A stretch of 36,292 nucleotides of DNA from a virus, in UHGV virus genome UHGV-0154029. One strand, given 5' to 3'. Position numbers and translations under genes: made by a program. Below the pieces are notes generated by a model. That model saw only the letters and a list, made by a program, of their open reading frames with translations, searched no databases and was not told where the DNA came from. Shown one piece after another: positions 21,781-29,733 of this stretch; the first letter of the stretch is position 1; each line of letters opens with the position of its first letter.

Positions 21781-22067
21781 GGCTTAATCTTCCCCTCCTT
21801 CAGCAGTATCGCCTGCGTCCTGATCACGCCTTCGAGGTGGTAAAGTCTGGCGTCTTTGTTGTCGAGAATCCGGGTGCGTCGGTCGATCTCCGCGTGGCAG
21901 TCACTACAAGCCCATGCACCGATCAGGTCGTCAGGCTTCATCCCCGTTCCGCAAATTCCAGCCATCCGGTAATGTGCCAGAACTGTAGTTTCAGGGTTGC
22001 CATTGCATACGCCGTAAATACGTACCTGGCATTCTCTTCCGCGCGCTTCTTTGCGTAGGTTAGCCAT
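21777..22067 (-). CDS. YbcO-like DUF1364 protein (putative nuclease)
   Basis: 96 aa; MANLRKEARGRECQVRIYGVCNGNPETTVLAHYR...CSDCHAEIDRR... resembles E. coli DLP12 YbcO. Confidence 0.8.
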   Translation of the reverse strand: MANLRKEARGRECQVRIYGVCNGNPETTVLAHYRMAGICGTGMKPDDLIGAWACSDCHAEIDRRTRILDNKDARLYHLEGVIRTQAILLKEGKIKP

Positions 22068-22792
22068 TAAGCAGCCTCCCCTGTTACTTTCAGCATTCCG
22101 TTATCGAGCAGCTTTCTGGTCAGCCACTGTTGGCCACGTCCGGTGATTTTTGTAGTGAACGATATCTGTATTCCGTGATTTGTGTTGACCGCTGTTTCTT
22201 TCACTGTGAAATAGCCGCGATCCATATATTCCTGCATTGGCACATTGCGCCGGGAACCTGAAGCAATAAGGATTTTGTGATCGCGCATCCACGCAAACAG
22301 TTTGTTTGGACCAATACCAACAACCTTTGCAAAGTTTCCAATCAAAATTCCACTGGCCTCGCCAACGCGATCGGCAAAATCAACTTTAGGTGCTGCGAGA
22401 GCAAGCTGTTTCTCCAGTTCAGCCTTCTGGTCTTCAAGGTCAGCCGCGAGGCGCAATGCTTCAGAGAAGGTTTGTGGGATTTTCGCGGTTGCCCCTTCAA
22501 GCTCTCGCCAGCGGTCAACAAGGCGAGCGGTGAACTCTGGCGACAACTGGGCGACGACAATAATGCTGTCTCGCTTTCCTTGTTCGCCTTCGAAGACGTA
22601 GAAATCACGCTTCCCGGTAATAACACCTAAATCATTGATTATGTTAGTGTGCTGCAATGCAGGAGGCTTGATAACGCCACGTTTCACCAATCTATCTATG
22701 GATACTTTTACATTGCTATGGCGGCTTTCTACCAACTCAGCGATTTCAATGCTTGTCATTTTGATGGCATTGCCATTTATTAACTCATTCAT
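22067..22792 (-). CDS. Rha-family / KilAC-domain regulatory (antirepressor-like) protein
   Basis: 241 aa; N-terminal MTSIEIAELVESRHSNVKVSIDRLV (Rha-like) and C-terminal DFADRV...GNFAKVVGIGPNKLFAWMRDHKIL (KilAC/ANT-like). Confidence 0.75.
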   Translation of the reverse strand: MNELINGNAIKMTSIEIAELVESRHSNVKVSIDRLVKRGVIKPPALQHTNIINDLGVITGKRDFYVFEGEQGKRDSIIVVAQLSPEFTARLVDRWRELEGATAKIPQTFSEALRLAADLEDQKAELEKQLALAAPKVDFADRVGEASGILIGNFAKVVGIGPNKLFAWMRDHKILIASGSRRNVPMQEYMDRGYFTVKETAVNTNHGIQISFTTKITGRGQQWLTRKLLDNGMLKVTGEAA

Positions 22793-22955
22793 CGTCTTCT
22801 TCCTCGTACATTGAGCTATTCGGATCGCTCATCAGCTCTGCGCAGCAATCGGAGCACACGTGAACTTCAAGCACATGCAGCTTCTGACCGCAGTTAGCGC
22901 ACGTTAAAGCCCGCTCGACGCTTTCTTGTTCGTAACTTCGATTTGGGTCAATCAC
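22785..22955 (-). CDS. ninF: NinF-like zinc-finger protein (GTG start)
   Basis: Not in the ORF track (<60 aa). Minus-strand ORF (V/M)[55 protein letters not shown] resembles lambda NinF; GTG start overlaps the NinE stop (GTGA). Confidence 0.7.
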   Translation of the reverse strand: MIDPNRSYEQESVERALTCANCGQKLHVLEVHVCSDCCAELMSDPNSSMYEEEDDE

Positions 22956-23134
22956 CTTGTTTTCCTCGCACGTTCTCTAAGCCACCGGATATCCCACAGG
23001 TGAGCCGTGTAGTTGAAGGTTTTTACGTCAGATTCTTTTGGGATTGGCTTGCGTTTATTTCTGGAGCGTTTCGTTGGAAGGTATTTGCAGTTTTCGCAGA
23101 TGATGTCGGTGAAACTTCGTCGCTGTCGTCTCAT
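22952..23134 (-). CDS. ninE: NinE-like protein (60 aa)
   Basis: ORF-track entry 22952..23224 trimmed to internal Met [34 protein letters not shown]...; its ATG overlaps the Dam stop (ATGA). Confidence 0.65.
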   Translation of the reverse strand: MRRQRRSFTDIICENCKYLPTKRSRNKRKPIPKESDVKTFNYTAHLWDIRWLRERARKTR

Positions 23135-23658
23135 GCAGCCCTCCTGACGCCCTGCCCGATCGCCATCAATGCCGCTTTGGATACGGTAGTAAACATCCGT
23201 CGAGGACTGATGAACGGTCGCCAAATCAGCAGCATGGAACCTTTGCTGTTTCCCTTCTTCTCCAGCCCTGTCGATGGTTCGATAAAATTAATCCGTCCAT
23301 CAGTGATGATGCGAACTTCGTCGACACTCTCCAGAGCCTTGCTGAACCATCCGACTGACATATCCTCTGGCACAAGCATAACTACCGTCTGTCGCTGTTG
23401 TATGCACTGCTCAGCGGCTTTTTCCACCCACGGCCTGATATTGCTGTACGGTGGGTTATTCCAGATTGCACCGTGACTTACCCACTCAGAATTGAGCGCG
23501 TCGTCGGCCTCAGTTAGCCAGTGAGCGCACAGAGCATTTTTGTCGCTAGCAGCTGAATCCAGCCAGAATCCAAACTCAATATCCAGTGCATCAAAAAGCC
23601 AAAGCGGCGTTTGCCAGCAGTCCTTGTCGTGTGCCGGCGTATTTGATTTGATAGTCAT
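23131..23658 (-). CDS. Phage-type DNA N6-adenine methyltransferase (Dam family)
   Basis: ORF-track entry 23131..23718 trimmed to Met [26 protein letters not shown]...; catalytic motif NPPYS present; start overlaps NinB stop. Confidence 0.8.
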   Translation of the reverse strand: MTIKSNTPAHDKDCWQTPLWLFDALDIEFGFWLDSAASDKNALCAHWLTEADDALNSEWVSHGAIWNNPPYSNIRPWVEKAAEQCIQQRQTVVMLVPEDMSVGWFSKALESVDEVRIITDGRINFIEPSTGLEKKGNSKGSMLLIWRPFISPRRMFTTVSKAALMAIGQGVRRAA

Positions 23659-24095
23659 GCAGCCCGATCTCCCCATCGCGCTTTCCATTCGAGAGCCAGT
23701 CGCGCTTCGTCTGACCACTTAACGCCACGCTCTGTACCGAATGCCTGTATAAGCTCTAATAGCTCCGCAAATTCGCTTACACGCATCCTGCTGGTTGACT
23801 GGCCTATTACCACAAAGCCATTCCCGGCAAGGTTAGGAACAACGTCCTGCTGCTTTAATGCTGCGGTAAACACACACTTCCAGCTTTCTGCATCCAGCCA
23901 GCGCCCATGCCATTCAACCTGACGAGAGACGTCACCAAGGCAAGCCCAAAGCTTTCGATTCTGGTCTAAGCTGCGGTTGCGTTCCTGAATGGTTACTACG
24001 ATTGGTTTGGTTGGGTCTGGAAGGATTTGCTGTACTGCGTGAATAGCGTTTTGCTGATGTGCTGGAGATCGAATTTCAAAGGTCAGTTTTTTCAT
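23655..24095 (-). CDS. ninB: NinB (Orf-family recombination mediator)
   Basis: 146 aa; MKKLTFEIRSPAHQQNAIHAVQQILPDPTKPIVVTIQERNRSLDQNRKLWACLGDVSRQVEWHGRWLDAESWK matches lambda NinB. Confidence 0.85.
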   Translation of the reverse strand: MKKLTFEIRSPAHQQNAIHAVQQILPDPTKPIVVTIQERNRSLDQNRKLWACLGDVSRQVEWHGRWLDAESWKCVFTAALKQQDVVPNLAGNGFVVIGQSTSRMRVSEFAELLELIQAFGTERGVKWSDEARLALEWKARWGDRAA

Positions 24096-24288
24096 GACTT
24101 CCCTCTCTAACAGATTTCAGGCTATTCCACTCCGTTACCGCACTGCGATAATTCGCGGCCGCCACAGCAGCGTGGTTAGCGCAGTAGATTTGGCACCCGT
24201 TCTCCATATCGAATATTGTCGGTGATTTTCCGCATTTACATTTTTTGGCACGCGGTGCGTCTGAACACATTCCGTTAACGGTGTCCAT
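24076..24288 (-). CDS. Small Cys-rich hypothetical protein (70 aa)
   Basis: ORF with CxC and CxxxC spacing (CKCGK...CQIYCANH); lies at the position of lambda ren between the replication genes and ninB. Confidence 0.45.
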   Translation of the reverse strand: MDTVNGMCSDAPRAKKCKCGKSPTIFDMENGCQIYCANHAAVAAANYRSAVTEWNSLKSVREGSHEKTDL

Positions 24289-24314
24289 CAGGATCCCCCT
24301 CGTTCTTAATCCAA

Positions 24315-24343
24315 TAAAAAAGGGCTACTGTGTAAATAGCCCC
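24315..24343 (-). terminator. Intrinsic terminator downstream of helicase gene (tR2-like position)
   Basis: Minus-strand hairpin GGGCTA-TTTACACAG-TAGCCC followed by TTTTTT. Confidence 0.55.
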
Positions 24344-24369
24344 TGTTATTAGCTCAGTGATGTAGATGG

Positions 24370-25746
24370 TCATACGTCAGCCCCTTGTGCATATCGTCTG
24401 CCACGCGCAGCAGGTGCATTTGATGCTGTGCAAATCTGTCTGGCTTCATCCTGGTTACATGCAACAAAGTGTCCGTTACAGAACCGCTGGTAAACCGTAC
24501 CAAGTGAGCCAAAACGGTTTTTCGTCACGATGATTTCAGCAAATGGCGCGGCGCTACTGTTCTCGTCATATACCGCTTCCCGATAGAGCATGATGATTGA
24601 GTCTGCGTCCTGTTCAATGCTTCCTGAATCACGCAAATCTGCGTTTGTCGGGCGTTTGTTTGGTCGCTTCTCAACATCGCGCGAAAGCTGACTCAGGGAG
24701 ATAACAGGCGTTTTCAGGTCTTTCGCCATCGCCTTCAGGCTTCCGGAGATGTGAGCAATTGCGAGGTCGTTGCGGTCTGCTTTCGGCTTCTCAATCAGGC
24801 CAAGATAATCCGCCATGATGAGTGACAGGTTTGGATTTTCCTGTTTGTGTCGTTCTGCGATTGAGCGTATTTCTTCGACCGATAACCGCGAGGCATCGAC
24901 TACCCATACATCCAAATCTGCAAGCTGACTCATGCCGTTAGCAACACGCGCCCAGCCTTCGTCATCCATCGATGCAGGATTTCGCAGTACGCTAACCGAC
25001 ATCCTCCCGGCGTTGGCAATGCTTCGCTCTGCAATCTGCAATGCGCTCATTTCCATTGAGAAAATCAATACCCCGCGCCGGACGTCAGAACCAGGAATAA
25101 CGCGGCTTGCAACGCCTTCGGCAATCTTCAGCGCCAGTTCGGTTTTCCCCATACCAGGACGAGCAGCGATTATCACAAGGTCTTCTGCGTTCATCCCTCC
25201 GGTGATGGCGTCAAGTTCTTCGATTCCGGTCTTCAGGGTATCTGACTCTTCTCCGTTCCTCAGACGCCTGTCAAGCGTGTCAGTGTAGTCAGTGATGATT
25301 TCCCCTAACCGTACAGGTTTAACCTCGTCACGGGGCTTTCTGATGGCTGAGAGACGCTTTACAAGCTCGTCCATCGCCTGACTCGATGCATCGATGGTTC
25401 CGCTCTGAATTGGTTCACGCATTTCATCCATGATTTCCAGCACCAGACGGCGGTGATAGTTATCCGCGACCATTCCGGCATATCCCTTCAGGTTTGCGGC
25501 ACTCGGGCAGTTCTTACTGGTCATCAGGATTGACGTGAAATGCTCCTCTCCGCACGCCTCGGCAACCATCAGCGCGTCGATTAGGTTTCTGTTTCTCGCC
25601 TGCTTGCGGATAACCTCGAAGGCTTTCCGGTAGAGCGGAATTGAAAACGCTTCCGGCTCCAGCGTTGCCAGAACGTCGCTGGCGGTTGGAGTTAATCCAC
25701 CAATCAGCAGACCACCGATAACGCTCGCTTCGATATCCTGTTTCAT
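24370..25746 (-). CDS. Replicative DNA helicase, DnaB family (P22 gene 12-like)
   Basis: 458 aa; Walker A-like GMGKT, Walker B-like LIMADYLGL, and C-terminal helicase motifs. Confidence 0.9.
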   Translation of the reverse strand: MKQDIEASVIGGLLIGGLTPTASDVLATLEPEAFSIPLYRKAFEVIRKQARNRNLIDALMVAEACGEEHFTSILMTSKNCPSAANLKGYAGMVADNYHRRLVLEIMDEMREPIQSGTIDASSQAMDELVKRLSAIRKPRDEVKPVRLGEIITDYTDTLDRRLRNGEESDTLKTGIEELDAITGGMNAEDLVIIAARPGMGKTELALKIAEGVASRVIPGSDVRRGVLIFSMEMSALQIAERSIANAGRMSVSVLRNPASMDDEGWARVANGMSQLADLDVWVVDASRLSVEEIRSIAERHKQENPNLSLIMADYLGLIEKPKADRNDLAIAHISGSLKAMAKDLKTPVISLSQLSRDVEKRPNKRPTNADLRDSGSIEQDADSIIMLYREAVYDENSSAAPFAEIIVTKNRFGSLGTVYQRFCNGHFVACNQDEARQICTASNAPAARGRRYAQGADV

Positions 25747-26564
25747 GCAATCCCCCTGTCTGCAAACTTCCCTTCCCGTACTCCCGTTAACGAATCTTCC
25801 CTCAGCAGGTAATCAAAATCAGCCGTCCAGCCCGTGTCGTTGTCTCCGAAGTAAAACGGCTTGGCCTGATGCACAAACGCCCTGACATACGCTCTGAAAC
25901 CGTCCACGTTTGGCGTTTTCAGTTGCGGGATGATTTTCTTCAGGCGGCGTTTGCGTTTCTCGTTGACCGAAATAGCGTGTGGCAGTCTGTCACCGACTTC
26001 GGTGTTGTAGGCGTTCAGGAAGGATTCGTAGTCGATTCGTTCTGCCTTGCGACGTTCAGGTTTAACCTGCCCATCGCCGCCCCCGCTAGGGGGTAAGGGG
26101 GTATTTGTATTTATTGTCTTTTGTATATTGTCTTTTGTGTTTAGCTGACTTGGCTTATGCCCATTAGCCGACTTGGCTAATGTTTTATTAGCTGTTTTAG
26201 CTAATGTTAAGCTGTCCTGGCTAATCCACTGAGAAACCACCTTGTTCACTCCGATTTTCACGCCATCAGCAATGAGGAATTTACGCTCAATAAGCTGGCG
26301 CTTGGCAGCGCAAACATGAGTGTGATGAATACCTGTCATGGCTGCTATCTGCGTGTTTGTGAGTCGATCCATCGGCTTATTGAATCCGTATGTCTTGCGC
26401 ATGATAGCGAGCATCACCTTCATCTGCCGGACGGTTAAATCAGCCATCAGCAGACTGTCGGTAATCTCGTTAGCAACGCGCATGAAACCATCTTCGGTAT
26501 CTGCCACGCGATGCTCCACGACCTCCAGTTGAGGCCTGTAATCAGCTAACTTAACGACGCCCAT
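25743..26564 (-). CDS. Replication initiator (O-like / P22 gene 18-like) containing the origin
   Basis: 273 aa; N-terminal HTH-like region; ori iterons lie within the linker-coding part, as in lambda O. Confidence 0.8.
   Translation of the reverse strand: MGVVKLADYRPQLEVVEHRVADTEDGFMRVANEITDSLLMADLTVRQMKVMLAIMRKTYGFNKPMDRLTNTQIAAMTGIHHTHVCAAKRQLIERKFLIADGVKIGVNKVVSQWISQDSLTLAKTANKTLAKSANGHKPSQLNTKDNIQKTINTNTPLPPSGGGDGQVKPERRKAERIDYESFLNAYNTEVGDRLPHAISVNEKRKRRLKKIIPQLKTPNVDGFRAYVRAFVHQAKPFYFGDNDTGWTADFDYLLREDSLTGVREGKFADRGIA
26101..26228. repeat. Origin of replication: four ~19-bp iterons (about 23-bp spacing) plus adjacent AT-rich tract, inside the O-like gene
   Basis: Iterons TTAGCTGACTTGGCTTATG, TTAGCCGACTTGGCTAATG, TTAGCTGTTTTAGCTAATG, TAAGCTGTCCTGGCTAATC at 26141-26228; AT-rich 26101-26140; G-rich hairpin CCCCCGCTAGGGGG just upstream. 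Confidence 0.7.
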
Positions 26565-26712
26565 GTTTCACCCCTGCTTTGGCTAGTCTGTAAACACCAA
26601 CAAGGCGCTCTGCGAACGCCCTGTTATTTGCTGCGGCTACCACTAATCCCTCAGGTGAATCAGGGTGTCGAATCTCTTCTTTTTCCTGGTATTTCTTACG
26701 ACGTTTTGTCAT
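26551..26712 (-). CDS. Possible small basic protein (53 aa) between cII and the O-like gene
   Basis: Not in the ORF track. [56 protein letters not shown] with RBS AGGAG 6 nt upstream; stop overlaps the O-like start. Confidence 0.3.
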   Translation of the reverse strand: MTKRRKKYQEKEEIRHPDSPEGLVVAAANNRAFAERLVGVYRLAKAGVKHGRR

Positions 26713-26744
26713 AATTACTCCTGTGGATTGATCCAGTAATTCCC

Positions 26745-27041
26745 TCAGAATTCCATCTGGATTTGTTCAGAACGCTCGGTTGCCGCCGGGCGTTTTTTAT
26801 TGGTGATTCCATCAAGCGCATACTTAAAAGCCCTGCTAATCGGACTGATGTCTGATGCCATTCCGAAAGCACACAAGACCGAAGCAATAAACCGCCAGTC
26901 CGTTCTGCTTATCTTCGATTCATGACAGCCAATCATCTTTGCCAGACCGCGCTGGGTAAGCGTTGACAGGTTGATGAGTAAATCAGTTTCTGCGCGATCA
27001 ACGTCGCGCTGTGATAGTTTGCTGTAACTTGTTTGTTCCAT
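26745..27041 (-). CDS. cII: CII-like transcriptional activator
   Basis: 98 aa; C-terminus ...ITNKKRPAATERSEQIQMEF is identical to the lambda CII C-terminus; N-terminal HTH differs. Confidence 0.85.
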   Translation of the reverse strand: MEQTSYSKLSQRDVDRAETDLLINLSTLTQRGLAKMIGCHESKISRTDWRFIASVLCAFGMASDISPISRAFKYALDGITNKKRPAATERSEQIQMEF

Positions 27042-27094
27042 TTCTTATGATTTCCATAGGTAAATAATCACTAATACTCATCTTTCGATGAGCG

Positions 27095-27129
27095 ATTAAT
27101 TAGTTACCGCGTTGTCGGCGGTGCAGATT
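27095..27129 (-). promoter_or_regulatory. nutR-like site (boxA CGCTCTTTATCAA plus boxB hairpin with GACAA loop)
   Basis: Minus strand between cro and cII: CGCTCTTTATCAA, then ACCGCCGACAACGCGGT. The GACAA loop is P22-type. Confidence 0.5.
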
Positions 27130-27150
27130 GATAAAGAGCGGATCCGCTTA

Positions 27151-27366
27151 TTAAGCGGCTTTGTGTTCCGGCGGGAACACGTCATCAAGACTGACTTTTG
27201 CGCCTAACTTGTTTAGGCACGCAACAAGAGCACGGCATGTTTTAAGGTCTGGGAAGCGACGACCAGATTCCCAATGTCCGATAGCTCCCTGTGTGCATCC
27301 AACCGCCTTAGCAAGTGTTGTTTGAGAGATATTCAGTGACTCTCGATATTTTCGTAGGTTGCTCAT
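27151..27366 (-). CDS. cro: Cro-like repressor, all-alpha HTH type (71 aa)
   Basis: ORF-track entry trimmed to MSNLRKYRESLNISQTTLAKAVGCTQGAIGHWESGRRFP... (RBS GGAGGG); its recognition helix QGAIGHW parallels QGGIGHW of the adjacent repressor. Confidence 0.8.
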   Translation of the reverse strand: MSNLRKYRESLNISQTTLAKAVGCTQGAIGHWESGRRFPDLKTCRALVACLNKLGAKVSLDDVFPPEHKAA

Positions 27367-27477
27367 ATGCCCTCCATAGTAACCATGAAACAATAATACG
27401 ATATGTACTTTTGGAATGCAAACAAAAAATACATCTTGTGCATGGATGGTTTTAGTACATAGCGTAATAATAAGGAT
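27367..27477. promoter_or_regulatory. OR region with divergent PR (toward cro) and PRM (toward repressor)
   Basis: Minus strand: TTGCAT - 17 bp - TATTAT upstream of cro, with AGTACATATCGTATTAT in the spacer/-10 region, near-identical to AGTACACATCGTACTAT at PL; further ATGTACT/AGTACAT half-site-like elements. Confidence 0.55.
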
Positions 27478-28137
27478 ATGAAAATGAAATGGTATGAACT
27501 GGCTAGATCCAGAATGAAAGAGCTCGGCATAACTCAAGAGAAGTTAGCTGAAGAACTTGGTATGACGCAGGGTGGAATTGGTCACTGGTTGCGCGGATCT
27601 CGTCATCCATCTCTTGACGAGATTGGTGTGGTGTTTAAATACCTTGGTATTGATAACGTCTCATTCAACCACGACGGTACATTTTCACCTGCTGGCGAAT
27701 ACTCATCTGCCCCCGTTAAAAAACAATATGAGTACCCTGTTTTTTCTCATGTTCAGGCCGGGATGTTCTCGCCTGAGCTTAGAACCTTTACCAAAGGTGA
27801 TGCGGAGAGATGGGTCAGCACAACCAAAAAAGCCAGTGATTGTGCGTTTTGGCTTGAAGTTGAAGGTAATTCCATGACCGCACCAACAGGATCCAAGCCA
27901 AGCTTTCCTGACGGAATGTTAATTCTCGTTGACCCTGAGCAGGCTGTTGAGCCAGGAGATTTCTGCATAGCCAGACTTGGCGGTGACGAGTTTACCTTCA
28001 AGAAACTGATCAGGGATAGCGGTCAGGTGTTCCTACAACCACTAAACCCGCAATATCCAATGATCCCATGCAATGATAGCTGTTCCGTAGTAGGGAAAGT
28101 TATCGCCAGCCAGTGGCCTGAAGAGACATTTAGTTAA
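27478..28137 (+). CDS. cI: Immunity repressor: non-lambda HTH N-terminal domain fused to lambda cI-like S24 peptidase C-terminal domain
   Basis: 219 aa; the C-terminal ~135 aa ([134 protein letters not shown]) is near-identical to lambda cI; the N-terminal 70 aa is different. Start may be the second ATG (27484). Confidence 0.9.
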   Translation: MKMKWYELARSRMKELGITQEKLAEELGMTQGGIGHWLRGSRHPSLDEIGVVFKYLGIDNVSFNHDGTFSPAGEYSSAPVKKQYEYPVFSHVQAGMFSPELRTFTKGDAERWVSTTKKASDCAFWLEVEGNSMTAPTGSKPSFPDGMLILVDPEQAVEPGDFCIARLGGDEFTFKKLIRDSGQVFLQPLNPQYPMIPCNDSCSVVGKVIASQWPEETFS

Positions 28138-28169
28138 CAGCCTCACCACTCTAAAACACACAACAATAA

Positions 28170-28197
28170 CCCGACCTTAGCGTCGGGTTTTCTTTTT
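28170..28197 (+). terminator. Intrinsic terminator after the repressor gene
   Basis: Hairpin CCCGAC-CTTAGC-GTCGGG followed by TTTTCTTTTT. Confidence 0.6.
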
Positions 28198-28262
28198 CCA
28201 AAATATAAATCAATAAAATACAAAGTGTTATAAAAAACTAACCACATTTAGAACATTTTGTA

Positions 28263-28291
28263 TTGACTCAATAAAGTACACATCGTACTAT
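28263..28291 (+). promoter_or_regulatory. PL-like promoter with overlapping operator
   Basis: TTGACT (28263-28268) - 17 bp - TACTAT (28286-28291); inverted repeat AGTACACATCGTACT (28275-28289) overlaps the spacer/-10. Confidence 0.55.
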
Positions 28292-28336
28292 TTAGCCATC
28301 AGCAGGAAGCTGGAAGCCAAACGGAACAGATTGGCA

Positions 28337-28371
28337 GGCTCTTTAACTTCGATGGGGCGCTGACAAAGCGC
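28337..28371 (+). promoter_or_regulatory. nutL: boxA (GGCTCTTTAAC) and boxB hairpin GCGCTGACAAAGCGC
   Basis: boxA-like 28337-28347; boxB 28357-28371 with 5-bp stem and GACAA pentaloop as in P22 nutL; upstream of N. Confidence 0.7.
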
Positions 28372-28490
28372 AAACAGATACCAAACGAGATGGGTTTGGC
28401 GGTGATGTGAATTGCAGCTGCAACGACAGCAACCAGAAGATCAGCACCTGGCGCATCACCACCAAAGCCATTTCACATGAGGAAAATATC

Positions 28491-28799
28491 ATGACGGTAA
28501 TCGTGTACGGGAAATCAACATTTGCAGGAAATGCCAAAACTCGCCGTCATGAGAGGCGCAGAAAGCTGGCTATCGAGCGTGATGCTATATGCAACATCAT
28601 CGATTCGATCTTCGGCACAGACAGTGAGGAACCTGTTCAGGAAGCCCCGAGAAAACGTTTAATCCTTTCTGAAAAAGCAATATCACTCGGCAACATTCGT
28701 AACCAAAATACCGACGAATGCAGTGGAAGTATTTGCCTGCCAAACGTAGCTCTTTACGCGGCAGGCTACCGGAAATCAAAACAACTGACAGCCAGGTAA
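28491..28799 (+). CDS. N: N antiterminator, P22 gene 24-type
   Basis: ORF-track entry 28407 (GTG) trimmed to MTVIVYGKSTFAGNAKTRRHERRRKLAIERDAICNIIDSIFG... with the arginine-rich motif; the C-terminus ...LYAAGYRKSKQLTAR resembles P22 N. Confidence 0.85.
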   Translation: MTVIVYGKSTFAGNAKTRRHERRRKLAIERDAICNIIDSIFGTDSEEPVQEAPRKRLILSEKAISLGNIRNQNTDECSGSICLPNVALYAAGYRKSKQLTAR

Positions 28800-29027
28800 G
28801 TGATGAATCAGACATACATTCCATCATGCTTGAGAAATCTGCCAAAGCAGAAAGCAAAGCCCCGCAAGCAAGCCATAAAGGACGCTAAGGCAGAGGTTAT
28901 TGATCAAGCAATACAATTGCTCAGGGAGGAGCTAAGAAGTGGCAAGCTCGAAGGAATGATGATGCCATATCAGCGCGGATATCTATCGGCGATTAGTAAG
29001 TTGGAAGTATTGAAGAGTGAATTATGA
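28800..29027 (+). CDS. Small basic hypothetical protein (about 74 aa)
   Basis: ORF directly after N; likely start ATG at 28803; Lys/Arg-rich N-terminus and predicted helical C-terminus. Confidence 0.45.
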   Translation: MMNQTYIPSCLRNLPKQKAKPRKQAIKDAKAEVIDQAIQLLREELRSGKLEGMMMPYQRGYLSAISKLEVLKSEL

Positions 29028-29089
29028 ACTATCTGGAATTTCCGGATGGTTCATTGTTTTGGCAGCAAACCACTTATTTGAGGTGATAT

Positions 29090-29539
29090 ATGGAAGAACA
29101 AGCAAACAAGATTCTCGTAGAACTACTGAAAAAAGCCAGTAATGGAATAGACGTGGCTGTTTCATTTAGCCAGGCACAGATTCCTGATGTTGTTCATCAG
29201 TTGCTGCTATGGAATATGGTTGAAAGTCTGATTAAAACATTAATTGCCATTCTAACAATCCCACTGGTTTTCTGGTTTATGAAGAAGCAGTGCCAAAGAG
29301 TTGAGACAGGTAAAATAGGTGGTGAAGGATACTCATGGGAGAGGGGAAATCCCAAATACAGGCCGACAATGGTTTGGGATAGCAAAGGAGATATTAACAT
29401 TCTTATCATGCCATTGGTTGGAGTTTTGACTCTGTGGGGGATTTTTATTATTGGTGTAGTAACCAATATGACTTGGTTAAAAATCTGGCTGACCCCAAAG
29501 CTTTACCTTATCGAATATGCAGCATCATTGGTTAAGTAA
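29090..29539 (+). CDS. Two-TM membrane protein (149 aa); candidate superinfection-exclusion/abortive-infection factor
   Basis: Hydrophobic segments LIKTLIAILTIPLVFWFM and INILIMPLVGVLTLWGIFIIGVV; lies in the N-cIII accessory zone where lambda/P22 carry sieB. Confidence 0.6.
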   Translation: MEEQANKILVELLKKASNGIDVAVSFSQAQIPDVVHQLLLWNMVESLIKTLIAILTIPLVFWFMKKQCQRVETGKIGGEGYSWERGNPKYRPTMVWDSKGDINILIMPLVGVLTLWGIFIIGVVTNMTWLKIWLTPKLYLIEYAASLVK

Positions 29540-29688
29540 TTTCAGGACGCATAGTCGGCCTTTATTTTTGGCATAAACAACAGAATAAACACAGCACTGT
29601 GTATTCATTCCAACGAGTGAATACACGGAGCAATGTCGCTCGTAACTAAACAGGAGCCGACTTGTTCTGATTATTGGAAATCTTCTTT

Positions 29689-29716
29689 GCCCTCCAGTGT
29701 GAGGGCGATTTTTTTC
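29689..29716 (+). terminator. Intrinsic terminator (tL-like, presumably N-suppressed) upstream of the acidic-protein gene
   Basis: Hairpin GCCCTC-CAGTGT-GAGGGC followed by GATTTTTTTC. Confidence 0.55.
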
Positions 29717-29733
29717 TGTGAGGATATGAATAG

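Noticed and set aside
26101-26228. Possible CRISPR array
   Set aside because: Only four imperfect repeats with short irregular spacing, located inside the initiator gene next to an AT-rich tract; this fits ori iterons, not CRISPR.
26696-26887. Minus-strand 63-aa ORF
   Set aside because: Overlaps the cII-like gene in another frame; cII has clear lambda homology.
27019-27050. TTGC-N6-TTGT element at the cII start, considered as a CII-activated PRE promoter
   Set aside because: Position and sequence are suggestive (lambda PRE has TTGC-N6-TTGC overlapping the cII start), but the -10 element is unclear; too uncertain to list as a feature.
27126-27137. Perfect palindrome AGCGGATCCGCT at the cro stop, considered as a tR1 terminator
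   Set aside because: No following T-run; lambda tR1 is Rho-dependent and cannot be confirmed from sequence. It overlaps the boxA-like element, so it was left unannotated.
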